Shown here piece after piece: positions 55,078-64,000 of a stretch of DNA of 64,000 nucleotides. The DNA is taken from NCBI GenBank assembly GCA_963555985.3, contig OY820591.1, positions 1,152,001 to 1,216,000 of the forward strand, in the 5' to 3' direction. Origin of the DNA: Dehalococcoidia bacterium (GTDB lineage: Bacteria > Chloroflexota > Dehalococcoidia > Bin125). Positions within the stretch are counted from its first letter, which is position 1. Each line of letters opens with the position of its first letter. The position numbers were made by a program, and so were the translations under genes. Under the pieces are notes generated by a model that did no database searches, was not told the origin of the DNA, and was given only the letters and a program-made list of their open reading frames with translations.

Positions 55078-56913
55078 TTGACCGTTCTCACATCCGATCC
55101 CGCCGCCGACCGACCGCTCGGCCTCGATCTCCCCCGTCGCACCAAGCGCCTGATCATCATCGGCGCGATGTTGGGCATGTTCATGGCTGCGCTCGAACAG
55201 AGCGTGGTCAGCCCCGCCATGCCCCAGATCGTCTCCGACCTGGGCGGCCTCGAGCTCTACCCCTGGCTCGTCCAGTCCTTCATCATGGCCCAGGTCGTCA
55301 CGATCCCGGTCGCCGGCACGCTCAGCGACATGTTCGGGCGCAAGCCGCTCCTGCTGACCGGGATGACCATCTTCCTCTTGGGTTCAGCCCTCTGCGGCTT
55401 CGCGCCCGGCATCTACGAGTTGATCGCCTTCCGCGCCGTCCAGGGCGTCGGCGCCGCGATCCTGATGACCTCTACCTTCTCCGTTGTCGGCGACCTCTAC
55501 GCCCCCGCCGAGCGCGGACGCTTCATCGGCCTCTTCGGCGGCGTCTTCGCGCTCAGCAGCCTGATCGGCGCGCCGATCGGCGGCGTCCTCACCGAAACCC
55601 TCTCCTGGCGCTGGGTCTTCTGGATCATGTTGATCCTCGGGCCGCTGGTGATCGCCATCGTCGCCATCAAGGTGCCCTGGCTGCGACCGCCCAAGCGCGA
55701 GCTCAAGATCGACGCCGCCGGCGTTCTCACCCTGTCGGTCACGCTGATCCCGGCCCTGATCGCGCTCAGCCTCGCCTCCGAGTGGGGCTGGCTCGCCCCG
55801 CAGACCCTGCTGCTGTTCGTCGTCTCCGCCATCGCGCTCATGCTCTTCATCCGTGTCGAACGCCGCGCCGAGCAGCCCATCGTCCCCCTCCAACTGTTCC
55901 GCATCCACACCATCGCCACCGCCGCAATCGTCAACTTCTTCATCGGCGTCGGCATGATGGGCGTCTTCGTCTACCTCCAGTTCTACCTCCAGGTCGGCAT
56001 CGGCGTCGACGCCGCCACCGCCGGCCTCGTCATGGGGCCGATGATCATCGTCTCCGTCGCCGGCTCGATCGTCTCCGGACAGATCATGTCGCGCACCGGG
56101 CGCTACAAGTATCTGGCCGTCACCGGCTCGCTGATGATGTTCGGTTCGATGCTGCTGCTCTCCACCATGACCCGCGAGACCACGATCCCCGGTGTGCTCG
56201 GGCGGATGTTCCTCTTCGGCATCGGCATGGGCCTGATGATGCCTGTCATGTCCATCGCCTCCCAGAACGCCGCTCCGCAGAAGTTCCTCGGCATCGTCTC
56301 CGCCTTCAACCAGTTCTTCCAGCAGGTCGGAGGCGTGATCGGCATCGGCGTGATCGGAGCGCTCTTCAACGCCCGCCTCGCCAACGGACTGATCGAACGC
56401 CTCACCCCCGACCTGGTCGACAAAATCCAGCCCGAAAAGCTGGTCGATCCCCTCTTCCGCGAAGGCTTGGTCGAAGACCTCGGCGCCGAGGTCTGGGCGG
56501 TAGCCGAGCCTCAAGTGCAGACCGCCGTCGCCAACGCCATCACCGACAACTTCCTCCTCGCCGCCGCCATCGTCCTGATCTCCGTGCTCGCCATCCTCAG
56601 GATGAAAGAAATCAGACTGCGAAGCGCCGAGTTGCCCGCCCCCGCCAGCATCGAATCTCCGGACCTACCGCCTGCACTCGTCGCCGCCCCGGTCCCATCC
56701 TCGCCACCGAGCAGAGCCCAACTCCCGCTCAACGGAGCCGCCGAGATCTTCGCCCTAGAGCTCCGCGACCAATACGAGCCGCCGCCAACCCCGGCAGTCA
56801 ACGGAACCGAACGCGCAACGTCCCTCCGACGCAACGCCATCGCCGCCGCCATGATCGGTGCCGGCCTCGGTTTGGCCCTCTCCCTGGTCTACCCGCGCAA
56901 CCGCTCGCGCTAG
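55078..56913 (+). CDS. MFS DHA2 (EmrB/QacA-like) efflux transporter with C-terminal extension
   Basis: LEQSVV.PAMP.I, G.LSD.FGRK, RAVQGVG, GP/GG..WRWVF, 14-TM pattern. Confidence 0.92.
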   Translation: MTVLTSDPAADRPLGLDLPRRTKRLIIIGAMLGMFMAALEQSVVSPAMPQIVSDLGGLELYPWLVQSFIMAQVVTIPVAGTLSDMFGRKPLLLTGMTIFLLGSALCGFAPGIYELIAFRAVQGVGAAILMTSTFSVVGDLYAPAERGRFIGLFGGVFALSSLIGAPIGGVLTETLSWRWVFWIMLILGPLVIAIVAIKVPWLRPPKRELKIDAAGVLTLSVTLIPALIALSLASEWGWLAPQTLLLFVVSAIALMLFIRVERRAEQPIVPLQLFRIHTIATAAIVNFFIGVGMMGVFVYLQFYLQVGIGVDAATAGLVMGPMIIVSVAGSIVSGQIMSRTGRYKYLAVTGSLMMFGSMLLLSTMTRETTIPGVLGRMFLFGIGMGLMMPVMSIASQNAAPQKFLGIVSAFNQFFQQVGGVIGIGVIGALFNARLANGLIERLTPDLVDKIQPEKLVDPLFREGLVEDLGAEVWAVAEPQVQTAVANAITDNFLLAAAIVLISVLAILRMKEIRLRSAELPAPASIESPDLPPALVAAPVPSSPPSRAQLPLNGAAEIFALELRDQYEPPPTPAVNGTERATSLRRNAIAAAMIGAGLGLALSLVYPRNRSR

Positions 56914-58154
56914 TCCCCGAACTCCGACGCCACCACCGCAAACGCCTCCTCCGACGCCTCCAACGTGTGCGCCACATCCTCGTCCGACAGCGCCGTCGAC
57001 AAGAACCCGTTGTGGATCGGATGCAGATACACGCCCCGCTCCGCCAACTCTGCCGAGAACCGATACGCGCGCGGCACATCCCGCGTCGACATATCGTCGC
57101 CGTCGAAGAGCATCAGCGGAATCGACACCGGTCCTGTCTGCCGAATCCCGACCCCGTGAGAATCGGCGGCCTGTTGCCAGCCCTGACGCAGCGCATTCCC
57201 AACCCGCCCCAAATGCGCGATCCCGTCCGTCTCCAGCATCGTCTCGATCGTCGCTTGCGCCGCCGCCATCGGCGCGCCCGTGAACCAGTAGGAACCGGTC
57301 GCCATCGTCTTGGCCACCGCCTCGCTCAGACTCTCCCGACCCATCAGCGCCGAGATCGGATGCCCGTTGCCGATCGCCTTGCAGTACGCGCTCAGGTCCG
57401 GATCAACGCCCAGCGGCGCCCAACTCCCCGCCATGTCGATCCGGAAACCGCCGCGCACGTCGTCGAGGATCAGCACGATCCCGTTCGCGTCGCATAGCTC
57501 CCGCACCCCGCGCGCAAAGTCAACCGTCGGCAGTTCTTGATCGAAGCCCACATCGTGCCGGAACGCCGAAACGATGATCGCCGCTGCGTCGCCCTCAGCC
57601 GCCTCAATCGCCGCCCGCACCGAGCCGAGGTCATTGAACTCGTACTCGATCGTGCCGTCCGCCTGGAGCGTCATGTCGCCGCCGCTGATCCACGTCGGCG
57701 ACGCCCCGTGATACGCCCCGTGCGCGCGCAGAATCGTCCCCCTGCCCGTCGCCGTCCGCGAGACCGAGGCCGCGTACACGGTCGCGTCGGTGCCATTCTT
57801 CGCCATCCAGGCCCAGTCCGCCCAAGGCGTGATCTCGACCAGCAACTCAGCCAACTCGACCATCTTCGCCGAAGGACCGTTGAAGCAATCCCCCGCGCCT
57901 TGCGCTTCCGCAGCCGCCTGATCAACCGCCGGATGCTGGTACCCAAGCAGAATCGGACCGTAGGCGCAGAGATAATCGATGTACTCGTTGCCGTCCACGT
58001 CCCACAGGTGCGAACCTTCCCCCCGCGCGAAGAACTGCGGGAAATTCTCCGGCAGGTACGACGCGTTCTGATGCCCGTACATCCCGTTCGGAATCACCGC
58101 GCGGGCGCGCTCACGCAACCCCGTGTCAATCGACCGATCCCGCCGACTGGTCAT
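56910..58154 (-). CDS. Class III aminotransferase (GSA-aminomutase-like)
   Basis: G..LWDVDGNEYIDY, GPILLG, KNGTDA, YHG, LDDVRGGFR, CKAIGNG. Confidence 0.88.
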   Translation of the reverse strand: MTSRRDRSIDTGLRERARAVIPNGMYGHQNASYLPENFPQFFARGEGSHLWDVDGNEYIDYLCAYGPILLGYQHPAVDQAAAEAQGAGDCFNGPSAKMVELAELLVEITPWADWAWMAKNGTDATVYAASVSRTATGRGTILRAHGAYHGASPTWISGGDMTLQADGTIEYEFNDLGSVRAAIEAAEGDAAAIIVSAFRHDVGFDQELPTVDFARGVRELCDANGIVLILDDVRGGFRIDMAGSWAPLGVDPDLSAYCKAIGNGHPISALMGRESLSEAVAKTMATGSYWFTGAPMAAAQATIETMLETDGIAHLGRVGNALRQGWQQAADSHGVGIRQTGPVSIPLMLFDGDDMSTRDVPRAYRFSAELAERGVYLHPIHNGFLSTALSDEDVAHTLEASEEAFAVVASEFGD

Positions 58155-58218
58155 CTCATCCCTCAATTCCACGATCCTGACTGCGCCTCAGTCTACGCCC
58201 CGCCGATACCCTGCGCTC

Positions 58219-59406
58219 ATGCCCCGCCGCGAAGAAACAGCCGCCAAGCACGAGTGCCATCCTCTGGTGCTCGCCGCACGCGAACTGCAACCGCAAATCC
58301 GCGCCTGCGCCAACGAGACCGAAGCAAACCGCCGCGTACCAAGCCGACTCATCGACGCCTTCACCGATCGCGGCCTCTACCGCCTCAACATCCCCGCCGC
58401 AGCCTACGGAGAACAAGCCCACCCGCTGGTCGTCTTCCACGTCATCGAAGCCATCTCCCAAGCCGACCCCTCCACCGCCTGGGTCGTGATGATCGCAACC
58501 GAAGTCTCGCTCACCACCGGTTGGCTCCCCAACGCCGTCCTCAGCCAGATGATCGGCGGCGAAGAACCCGGCGGCCCACGCTGCCGAATCGCCGGCTCCT
58601 CCAGAGCCCTCGCAACCGCCGCGACCGACCCGAGCGGCAGCGGATATCGACTCAGCGGACAACTCAACTACCTCAGCGGAATCGAGCACGCCAACTTCGT
58701 CCTGGTCACCTTCCCCGATCCCGAAGACGACAGCGTGCGCATGGCGCTCCTCCCCCAACGCGCCGGCGAAATCGTGCATACCTGGGACACGATGGGCCTG
58801 CGCGGCACCGGCAGCCACGACTGGCGCCTCGAAGACGCATTCGTCCAGACCGCCCACACCTGGCGCCCGACCGATCCACCCTACGCAGACGGCCCCCACT
58901 GGCGCGTGCCCGATCGCTCCTTGGTCGCTTGGATCGCCAATGCCGGCCACGCGCTCGGCGGCGCGCAGGGCGCGATCGACGAGCTGGTCGAACTCGCCAC
59001 CTCAAGCAGCAGCGGCGACGCCACGCCCTTACGCGAGCGCGAACCGTTCCGACTCGCGCTCGCAGACGCCCAGGCGCGGGTAGCCGCCGCCAAGGCCTTC
59101 GTCCGCACAGCCTGGACCGAACTCTGGACGGCAATGGAGAACTCCGCCGCGGAGGTCCCCGAATCGCATTTGCGCCACCTGCTCGGCATGGCCCGGCTCG
59201 CAAACGTCCACGCCGTCCACGCCGGCGCCGACGCAGTCGAAACCCTTTTCCGCGCCGCAGGCGCCAACGCCGCCCACAAACGCTGGCCCCTCGAACGCCG
59301 CTGGCGAGACCTCCAAGTCGCCCGCCAACACGGCGCCGGCCTCAACTGGAACTACGACGCCGCAATCCGCCCCGCACTACACCTAGAACCCCGCCGCGCC
59401 CGCTAA
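58219..59406 (+). CDS. Acyl-CoA dehydrogenase-fold flavin-dependent monooxygenase (HsaA-like)
   Basis: GLYR..IP..YG, DPSTAW, SGIEHA, WDTMGLRGTGSHD, LERRWRD. Confidence 0.85.
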   Translation: MPRREETAAKHECHPLVLAARELQPQIRACANETEANRRVPSRLIDAFTDRGLYRLNIPAAAYGEQAHPLVVFHVIEAISQADPSTAWVVMIATEVSLTTGWLPNAVLSQMIGGEEPGGPRCRIAGSSRALATAATDPSGSGYRLSGQLNYLSGIEHANFVLVTFPDPEDDSVRMALLPQRAGEIVHTWDTMGLRGTGSHDWRLEDAFVQTAHTWRPTDPPYADGPHWRVPDRSLVAWIANAGHALGGAQGAIDELVELATSSSSGDATPLREREPFRLALADAQARVAAAKAFVRTAWTELWTAMENSAAEVPESHLRHLLGMARLANVHAVHAGADAVETLFRAAGANAAHKRWPLERRWRDLQVARQHGAGLNWNYDAAIRPALHLEPRRAR

Positions 59407-59435
59407 TCAAGCCCAAAACGCAACTCCTCCCCGAC

Positions 59436-59575
59436 CGCTCTCCCCCTTGAGGGGGAGATGCCCCAACGGGGCAGAGGGGGTGAAAACGCCACACCCAGCA
59501 CAGACGCCCCAACCCAGATCCCCTCTCTCCCCCTTGCGGGGGGAGATGTCACGTAGTGACAGAGGGGGGGTCCTC
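59436..59575. repeat. Two family B REP-like hairpins without module C
   Basis: CTCTCCCCCTTGAGGGGGAGATGCCCCAACGGGGCAGAGGGGG and CTCTCTCCCCCTTGCGGGGGGAGATGTCACGTAGTGACAGAGGGGGGG. Confidence 0.85.
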
Positions 59576-59613
59576 TGCCCCCGGCCTAAGCGAGGAGACA
59601 GAAAGAAACCAAA

Positions 59614-59682
59614 CGAACCCAAGTTCCGCTTCTGTCACCCAGACAACACCCGCGACATAGCCCAACCAGCTATCATCAGAAC
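59614..59682 (+). promoter_or_regulatory. Candidate LexA box (GAAC-CCAA-GTTC) and TATCAT-CAGAAC promoter element
   Basis: GAAC 59615-59618, GTTC 59623-59626; TATCAT 59671-59676. Confidence 0.5.
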
Positions 59683-59721
59683 AAGTAAGCCACACAACCG
59701 TACTCAGAAGGAGCACCGCTC

Positions 59722-60402
59722 ATGAACCTCTCGCCCCAGCGCCGACGACGAGCCCTCGAAGCCCACCATCTCCGCCAGCACGGCCTCCCCCTGCGCGTCA
59801 TCGCCAAGCAACTCGGCGTCTCCCACGCCACCGTGCACAGCGACCTCAAGCTGCTCGAGACCCACTGGAGCGAGATCGCCCAGGCGGTCGCCGACGACCT
59901 CCTGCTCGACCAGCTCAGCCAGCTCCGTCAGCGGCTCGCTCAGCACATGGAGTCCAACCCCTACGAGCTGCTCCAGGGCGAGCAGCTGCGCCCGCCCGAC
60001 CAGATCCGCCTCTTCGCCGTGCAGATGCAGGAGTTCAACACGCTCTGCCGCGAGATTCGGCGCACCGCCGAAGCGGTCCAACGCCGCGCCCGCCAGCGCC
60101 TCAAGGAGCAACCCGCCGAAGCCCCGGACTATCCCGAGGCCGAACTGACGGACGCGCCCCGGACTCGCAAGCGGGCCCGTCCCCAGCCGAGCGAGCGTCC
60201 AACCCCGGCTGAACCGGGCCAACCGGAGCTGACCACGGCTAACCACGTCAACGGGCGTTCGCCCCAGCCGGCAAAGGAAATGCGTCCAATCGCAGCGTCG
60301 CAAGAAAATGCTCCCGCCGACCCCGACTTCGAGCGTCTCCTGAGCGAAGCCCAGACCTTCCTCGCACAGCTCTCCCCCTTCGCCGACGCCGCCGGCGGCT
60401 GA
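59722..60402 (+). CDS. Helix-turn-helix protein with helical middle and disordered tail
   Basis: AAGGAG RBS; LRQHGLPLRVIAKQLGVSHATVHSDLK HTH. Confidence 0.75.
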   Translation: MNLSPQRRRRALEAHHLRQHGLPLRVIAKQLGVSHATVHSDLKLLETHWSEIAQAVADDLLLDQLSQLRQRLAQHMESNPYELLQGEQLRPPDQIRLFAVQMQEFNTLCREIRRTAEAVQRRARQRLKEQPAEAPDYPEAELTDAPRTRKRARPQPSERPTPAEPGQPELTTANHVNGRSPQPAKEMRPIAASQENAPADPDFERLLSEAQTFLAQLSPFADAAGG

Positions 60403-60419
60403 CTCCGCCCCTCCCTGAC

Positions 60420-60645
60420 CGCTCTCCCCCTTGAGAGCCTGTCCCCGCGCAGGGAGACCGTCGCAACACTCCCATCTCCGTCATTCCCGCGAACGCGGGA
60501 ATCCATACGGCGTCTCGAGTGGGACGTGGATTCCCGCCTGCGGAGAGCGTTGCCAAAGGCGCGATCTCCCCTCTCCCCCTGCATCGCGGGGGGAGATGTC
60601 GCGCAGAGCCTGCCCCCGCGAAGGCGGGGGACAGAGGGGGGTCCC
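60420..60645. repeat. Composite repeat cluster (B, C, TIR-like and A modules)
   Basis: GAGACCGTCGCAAC..CCGTCATTCCCGCGAACGCGGGAATCC..GGATTCCCGCCTG..TTGCCAAAGG, then a family B hairpin with nested AGCCTGCCCCCGCGAAGGCGGGG. Confidence 0.85.
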
Positions 60646-60774
60646 AACCAACCTTCACCGACACCCACACATACCAACCCCCACCCCGCCCTAGCTGGAA
60701 ATCCCCATTTCGCCTTAGCATTGTCCCGATCGTTCGTGCGAGCGCCCCATCCCGCTCGCAGACTGAGGCGGATC

Positions 60775-63354
60775 ATGCCCGGACCGCTTGACGGCATTCG
60801 CGTCCTCGACCTGTCACGCCACGTGGCCGGCCCCTACGCATCCAAGCTGCTGGCCGACTACGGCGCTCGCGTGATCAAAGCCGAGCCGCGCGGCGGCGAC
60901 CCCGCACGCCGTTTCGGACCCTTCCCCAATCGCAAGCCCAACCCCGAAGCCTCCGGACTCTTCCTCTTTCTCAACACCAACAAACAATCGATCGTGGTCG
61001 ATCCGCACACCGACGACGGCGCCGCGACCGTCCGCCGACTCGCCCGCCAGGTCGACGTCGTGATTGAAGACCTGCCGCCGGGTGAGGCAGCCGAGGCGGG
61101 CTGGGGTTGGGAAGTCCTGCACGCGCTCAATCCGAGGCTGGTGCTGTGCTCGATCACGCCGTTCGGCCAGACCGGACCCTATCGCGGCTACCGCGGCTCC
61201 GAACTGACCCTGCAAGCGATCGGCGGCCCGCTCCACGCCACCGGCGCGGCCGACCGCGAACCGCTCAAACTGGCTGGCCACTATGCCCAATACCACGCCG
61301 GCGCGACCGCCGCGCTTGCCATTCTCCTGGCTCTGCGGCGTACCGCTGGGCATCGGCGCGCCGGCGACTGGATCGACCTCTCCATCTACCGCTGTCAGGC
61401 TGGCTGCCGCGATCGGCGCACGATCCATCTCACCGCTGCCGCCTACAGCGGCGTCAGCCCCAAGCGCGCGCAGCCGGGCAGCAGGCCGGTTGGCTTCGGC
61501 ATCTACTCCTGCGCCGACGGCTCCGTCAATCTGATGGGCGCCGGCAATCGTTTGCCCCGCCTGCTCCGCTGGATCGGACGCGAAGACCTGCTTGAAGATC
61601 CCGACTACCTCGCCGGCCCCCGACCGGGCTCCGGCTTCGGCCGGCGCGTCGATCAAGCCGTAGAAGCGTTCCTGGCCGAAATCGGGAAGGTAGAGGCCAC
61701 CGCTCAGGCGCAGGCCGCCGGACTGCTCGCAGGCGCAGTCATGACCGTTGCCGACGTGCTCGACGACCCCCAGCTCGCCGCGCGCGAGTGGTGGCGGCCA
61801 ATCGCCCACTGGCACGGTGACGAACTGCCTTACCCGGGATTGCCCTTCCGCCTCAGCGCCAGCCCGCCCGATCCGCCCAAGCGAGCGCCCCGGTTGGGCG
61901 AACATTCGCGGATCGTGTTCGACTTCGCCCCGCCCGATCCCGCAGAGGCCGCCCCCCCTCCCGTGCGGCCCGACGCCGACGATCCGCTCCCGCTGCCGCT
62001 CGAGGGCATCCGCGTTGCCGCGATCACAGTCGTTTGGGCCGGACCCCACGTCGCCCAGCTGCTCGCGGAGTGGGGCGCGGACGTGATCCAGGTCGAACCC
62101 GTCAACCGCATCCAGCCCTACACCAGAGGAGCCGAAAACGTTCCCACTCGTGACGCGCTGGAGCGCGGCGCCGCGCGCGGTGTCCAACCCCAATACCCGG
62201 ACGCAGACCCCGGTGATGACCCTTGGAACCGCTTCGCCTCCTTCAACTCCCACGCGCGCAACAAACGATCCATGACCTGCGACATCATGTCGCCGGAGGG
62301 ACGCGAAGCGTTTCTGAAGCTGATTCGGCATTGCGACGTACTCGTCGAAAACAACGTCCCCCAGACCATCGCCAAGGCCGGGATCACCTGGGAAGAGCTG
62401 CGCGAGGTCAATCCACGCCTGATCATGCTGCGAATGCCCGCCTTCGGCCTCGAAGGGCCGTACAGCTCCTACCGCGCCTTTGGGCTGCACGTCGAAGCCA
62501 TGGTCGGCCACACCCATCTGCGCGGATATCCCGATCGCGGGCCGGAAGGAATCGGCGAAACGCTCGCCTCCGACGGCATGTCCGGCGTGCAGGGGGCAGT
62601 CGCAGTGCTGATGGCGCTGCGCCAGCGCGACCTCAGCGGCGAGGGCCAGCAGATCGAGATGCCGCTCACCGAAGGATTCATCCCCACCCTGGCCGAATAC
62701 CTCTTCGACTACACCATGAACGGCGAGAATCCGCCTCCGCAGGCGAACTCGCACCGCTGGAGCGCCCCCCACGGCGTCTACCCCTGTGAGGGCGACGATC
62801 AGTGGATCGCGATTGACGTTGGTTCCGATGCGGAGTTCGTAGCGCTCTGCACCGCGCTCGCCGCCGGACCCGGCAAGGCCGCGGTCCAGTCTGAGATCAC
62901 GCACGCCCCGCTCGACACCCGTTTCGCCCACGCCGAAGGGCGGCGCGCCCACCGCATCGAACTCGACCGCCTGATCGCGATCGAGACTCAAGCCTGGAAC
63001 AAACAGGATCTCTTCCACGCCCTCCAACAAGCCGGCGTCTGCGCCGCGCCCCTGAACGATCCCTTGGAAGCGATGGCTGATCCCCACCTGAACGCGGTCG
63101 GCTTTTTCGAGGAACAGACAATCGAGGGCGTGGGTACGCACCGCTATCCCGGCCTCACCATTCAGATGCGGCGCACATCCAATCAGCTGCGCACGCCGCC
63201 CTCCAAACTGGGCGAACATAACCGTGAGCTCTACCTCGACTTGCTCGGATACAGCGAAGCTCAACTCGCTGCGCTGGAAGCGCGCGGGCTGGTGGGCGAC
63301 GCCTATCCGGACGAACTCCTGCCCCGACACATGCGCAGAGATCCCGCCTCCTGA
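60775..63354 (+). CDS. Family III (CaiB/BaiF) CoA-transferase, two fused domains
   Basis: Two PL.GIRV..AGP..LLA..GA.VI..EP units, NKQS/NKRS, PRLGEH/KLGEH. Confidence 0.92.
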   Translation: MPGPLDGIRVLDLSRHVAGPYASKLLADYGARVIKAEPRGGDPARRFGPFPNRKPNPEASGLFLFLNTNKQSIVVDPHTDDGAATVRRLARQVDVVIEDLPPGEAAEAGWGWEVLHALNPRLVLCSITPFGQTGPYRGYRGSELTLQAIGGPLHATGAADREPLKLAGHYAQYHAGATAALAILLALRRTAGHRRAGDWIDLSIYRCQAGCRDRRTIHLTAAAYSGVSPKRAQPGSRPVGFGIYSCADGSVNLMGAGNRLPRLLRWIGREDLLEDPDYLAGPRPGSGFGRRVDQAVEAFLAEIGKVEATAQAQAAGLLAGAVMTVADVLDDPQLAAREWWRPIAHWHGDELPYPGLPFRLSASPPDPPKRAPRLGEHSRIVFDFAPPDPAEAAPPPVRPDADDPLPLPLEGIRVAAITVVWAGPHVAQLLAEWGADVIQVEPVNRIQPYTRGAENVPTRDALERGAARGVQPQYPDADPGDDPWNRFASFNSHARNKRSMTCDIMSPEGREAFLKLIRHCDVLVENNVPQTIAKAGITWEELREVNPRLIMLRMPAFGLEGPYSSYRAFGLHVEAMVGHTHLRGYPDRGPEGIGETLASDGMSGVQGAVAVLMALRQRDLSGEGQQIEMPLTEGFIPTLAEYLFDYTMNGENPPPQANSHRWSAPHGVYPCEGDDQWIAIDVGSDAEFVALCTALAAGPGKAAVQSEITHAPLDTRFAHAEGRRAHRIELDRLIAIETQAWNKQDLFHALQQAGVCAAPLNDPLEAMADPHLNAVGFFEEQTIEGVGTHRYPGLTIQMRRTSNQLRTPPSKLGEHNRELYLDLLGYSEAQLAALEARGLVGDAYPDELLPRHMRRDPAS

Positions 63355-63375
63355 CACACTCTCGATCGGAGAACG

Positions 63376-63978
63376 ATGATGCCTGAACCACGCCTCGCCC
63401 CACAGACCTTCGAGACGCTGGACGACGCCCAGCGAACGCTCTGGGACAACATCACAACGGGGCCGCGCGCCAACCCCGATCGCCCTCACGGCGGACTCGC
63501 CGGCTCGGACGGCGCTCTGATTGGTCCCTTCAACGCCCTCTTCCTCTCGCCCGAAATCGGCGACGCCGCCCAGAAGCTGGGCGCGGCCCTGCGCTACAGC
63601 ACGGAGCTCCCCGCCGACCTGCTGGAAACCGCGATCATCACCATCGGCGGTCACTGGCGCGCCAACTTCGAGTTCTGGGCGCACGCCCGCCTCGCCGCCA
63701 ATGCAGGCGTCGACCAAGACGCGATCGAGGCCGTCCACGACGGCAAGTCGGCCAACTTTGGCAACGACGCCCAGCAGACCGTGTACCAGTTCGGTCGGGA
63801 ACTGATCGAGAACCAACGGGTGTCCAACGAGACCTACGAAGCGCTCAAGGCCCTCGTCGGCGAGCGGGGCGTCTTCGAAATCGCAACCGTGATGGGCTAC
63901 TACTCCCTGGTCTCAATCGGCCTCAACGCCTTCAACGTCGCCATGCCCCCAGGCGTCGAAGCCCCCTTCGACGACTAG
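63376..63978 (+). CDS. Carboxymuconolactone decarboxylase/AhpD-like family protein
   Basis: GPR, LIGPFNA.L.SP, E.AI..IG.HW.A.FEF.AH...A..AG, MGYY. Confidence 0.85.
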   Translation: MMPEPRLAPQTFETLDDAQRTLWDNITTGPRANPDRPHGGLAGSDGALIGPFNALFLSPEIGDAAQKLGAALRYSTELPADLLETAIITIGGHWRANFEFWAHARLAANAGVDQDAIEAVHDGKSANFGNDAQQTVYQFGRELIENQRVSNETYEALKALVGERGVFEIATVMGYYSLVSIGLNAFNVAMPPGVEAPFDD

Positions 63979-64000
63979 AGGCGCCTAGAACTGCAACCAG

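Noticed and set aside
60526-60774. N-terminal extensions in the ORF track (also 17636-17698, 39774-39893, 40409-40465, 44262-44420, 47203-47340)
   Set aside because: They translate repeats, promoters or overlapping genes; downstream starts have an RBS, translational coupling or family-typical N-termini.
60814-63816. Long antisense or alternative-frame ORFs (also 19671-22034, 49254-50588, 55782-57497, 57537-59450, 37755-39059)
   Set aside because: Shadows of well-supported genes in high-GC DNA; no motifs and Arg/Pro-rich composition.

Overview
High-GC bacterial window with no rRNA, tRNA or CRISPR array recognised. Gene content and style suggest Chloroflexota, probably Dehalococcoidia-related (inference from 'NYW..RR..SRR' Tat lipoprotein binding proteins, tig-clpP-clpX-tlyA-nadK-recN and SdhAB plus an HdrB-like subunit). 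The left third is housekeeping: hemW, aspS, an Opp-type ABC module, tig/clpPX/recN and sdh. The middle and right mix catabolic enzymes with accessory DNA. Best novelty candidates: (1) a translationally coupled two-gene module, SeqA-N/Mrr_N-like DNA-binding protein plus an 812-aa GHKL (MORC-like) ATPase, with its own promoter/operator (39865-42904), possibly an undescribed defence system; (2) five orphan periplasmic-binding-protein paralogues sharing an unrecognised ~55-aa N-terminal 'DGRxE..W..P.ARFL..W..SS' domain; (3) dispersed intergenic arrays with strict 10-bp phasing (900-1005, 20111-20170, 31008-31110), two of which share a 29-bp core; (4) modular, nested palindromic repeats that flank accessory genes, one copy inserted in-frame into an acylase gene; (5) an OppC permease with a LysM-like insert; (6) an M.EcoRI-family MTase/DUF262-HNH/Uma2 operon next to a vapBC cassette. 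All family calls are from motif recognition by eye; no database searches were run.
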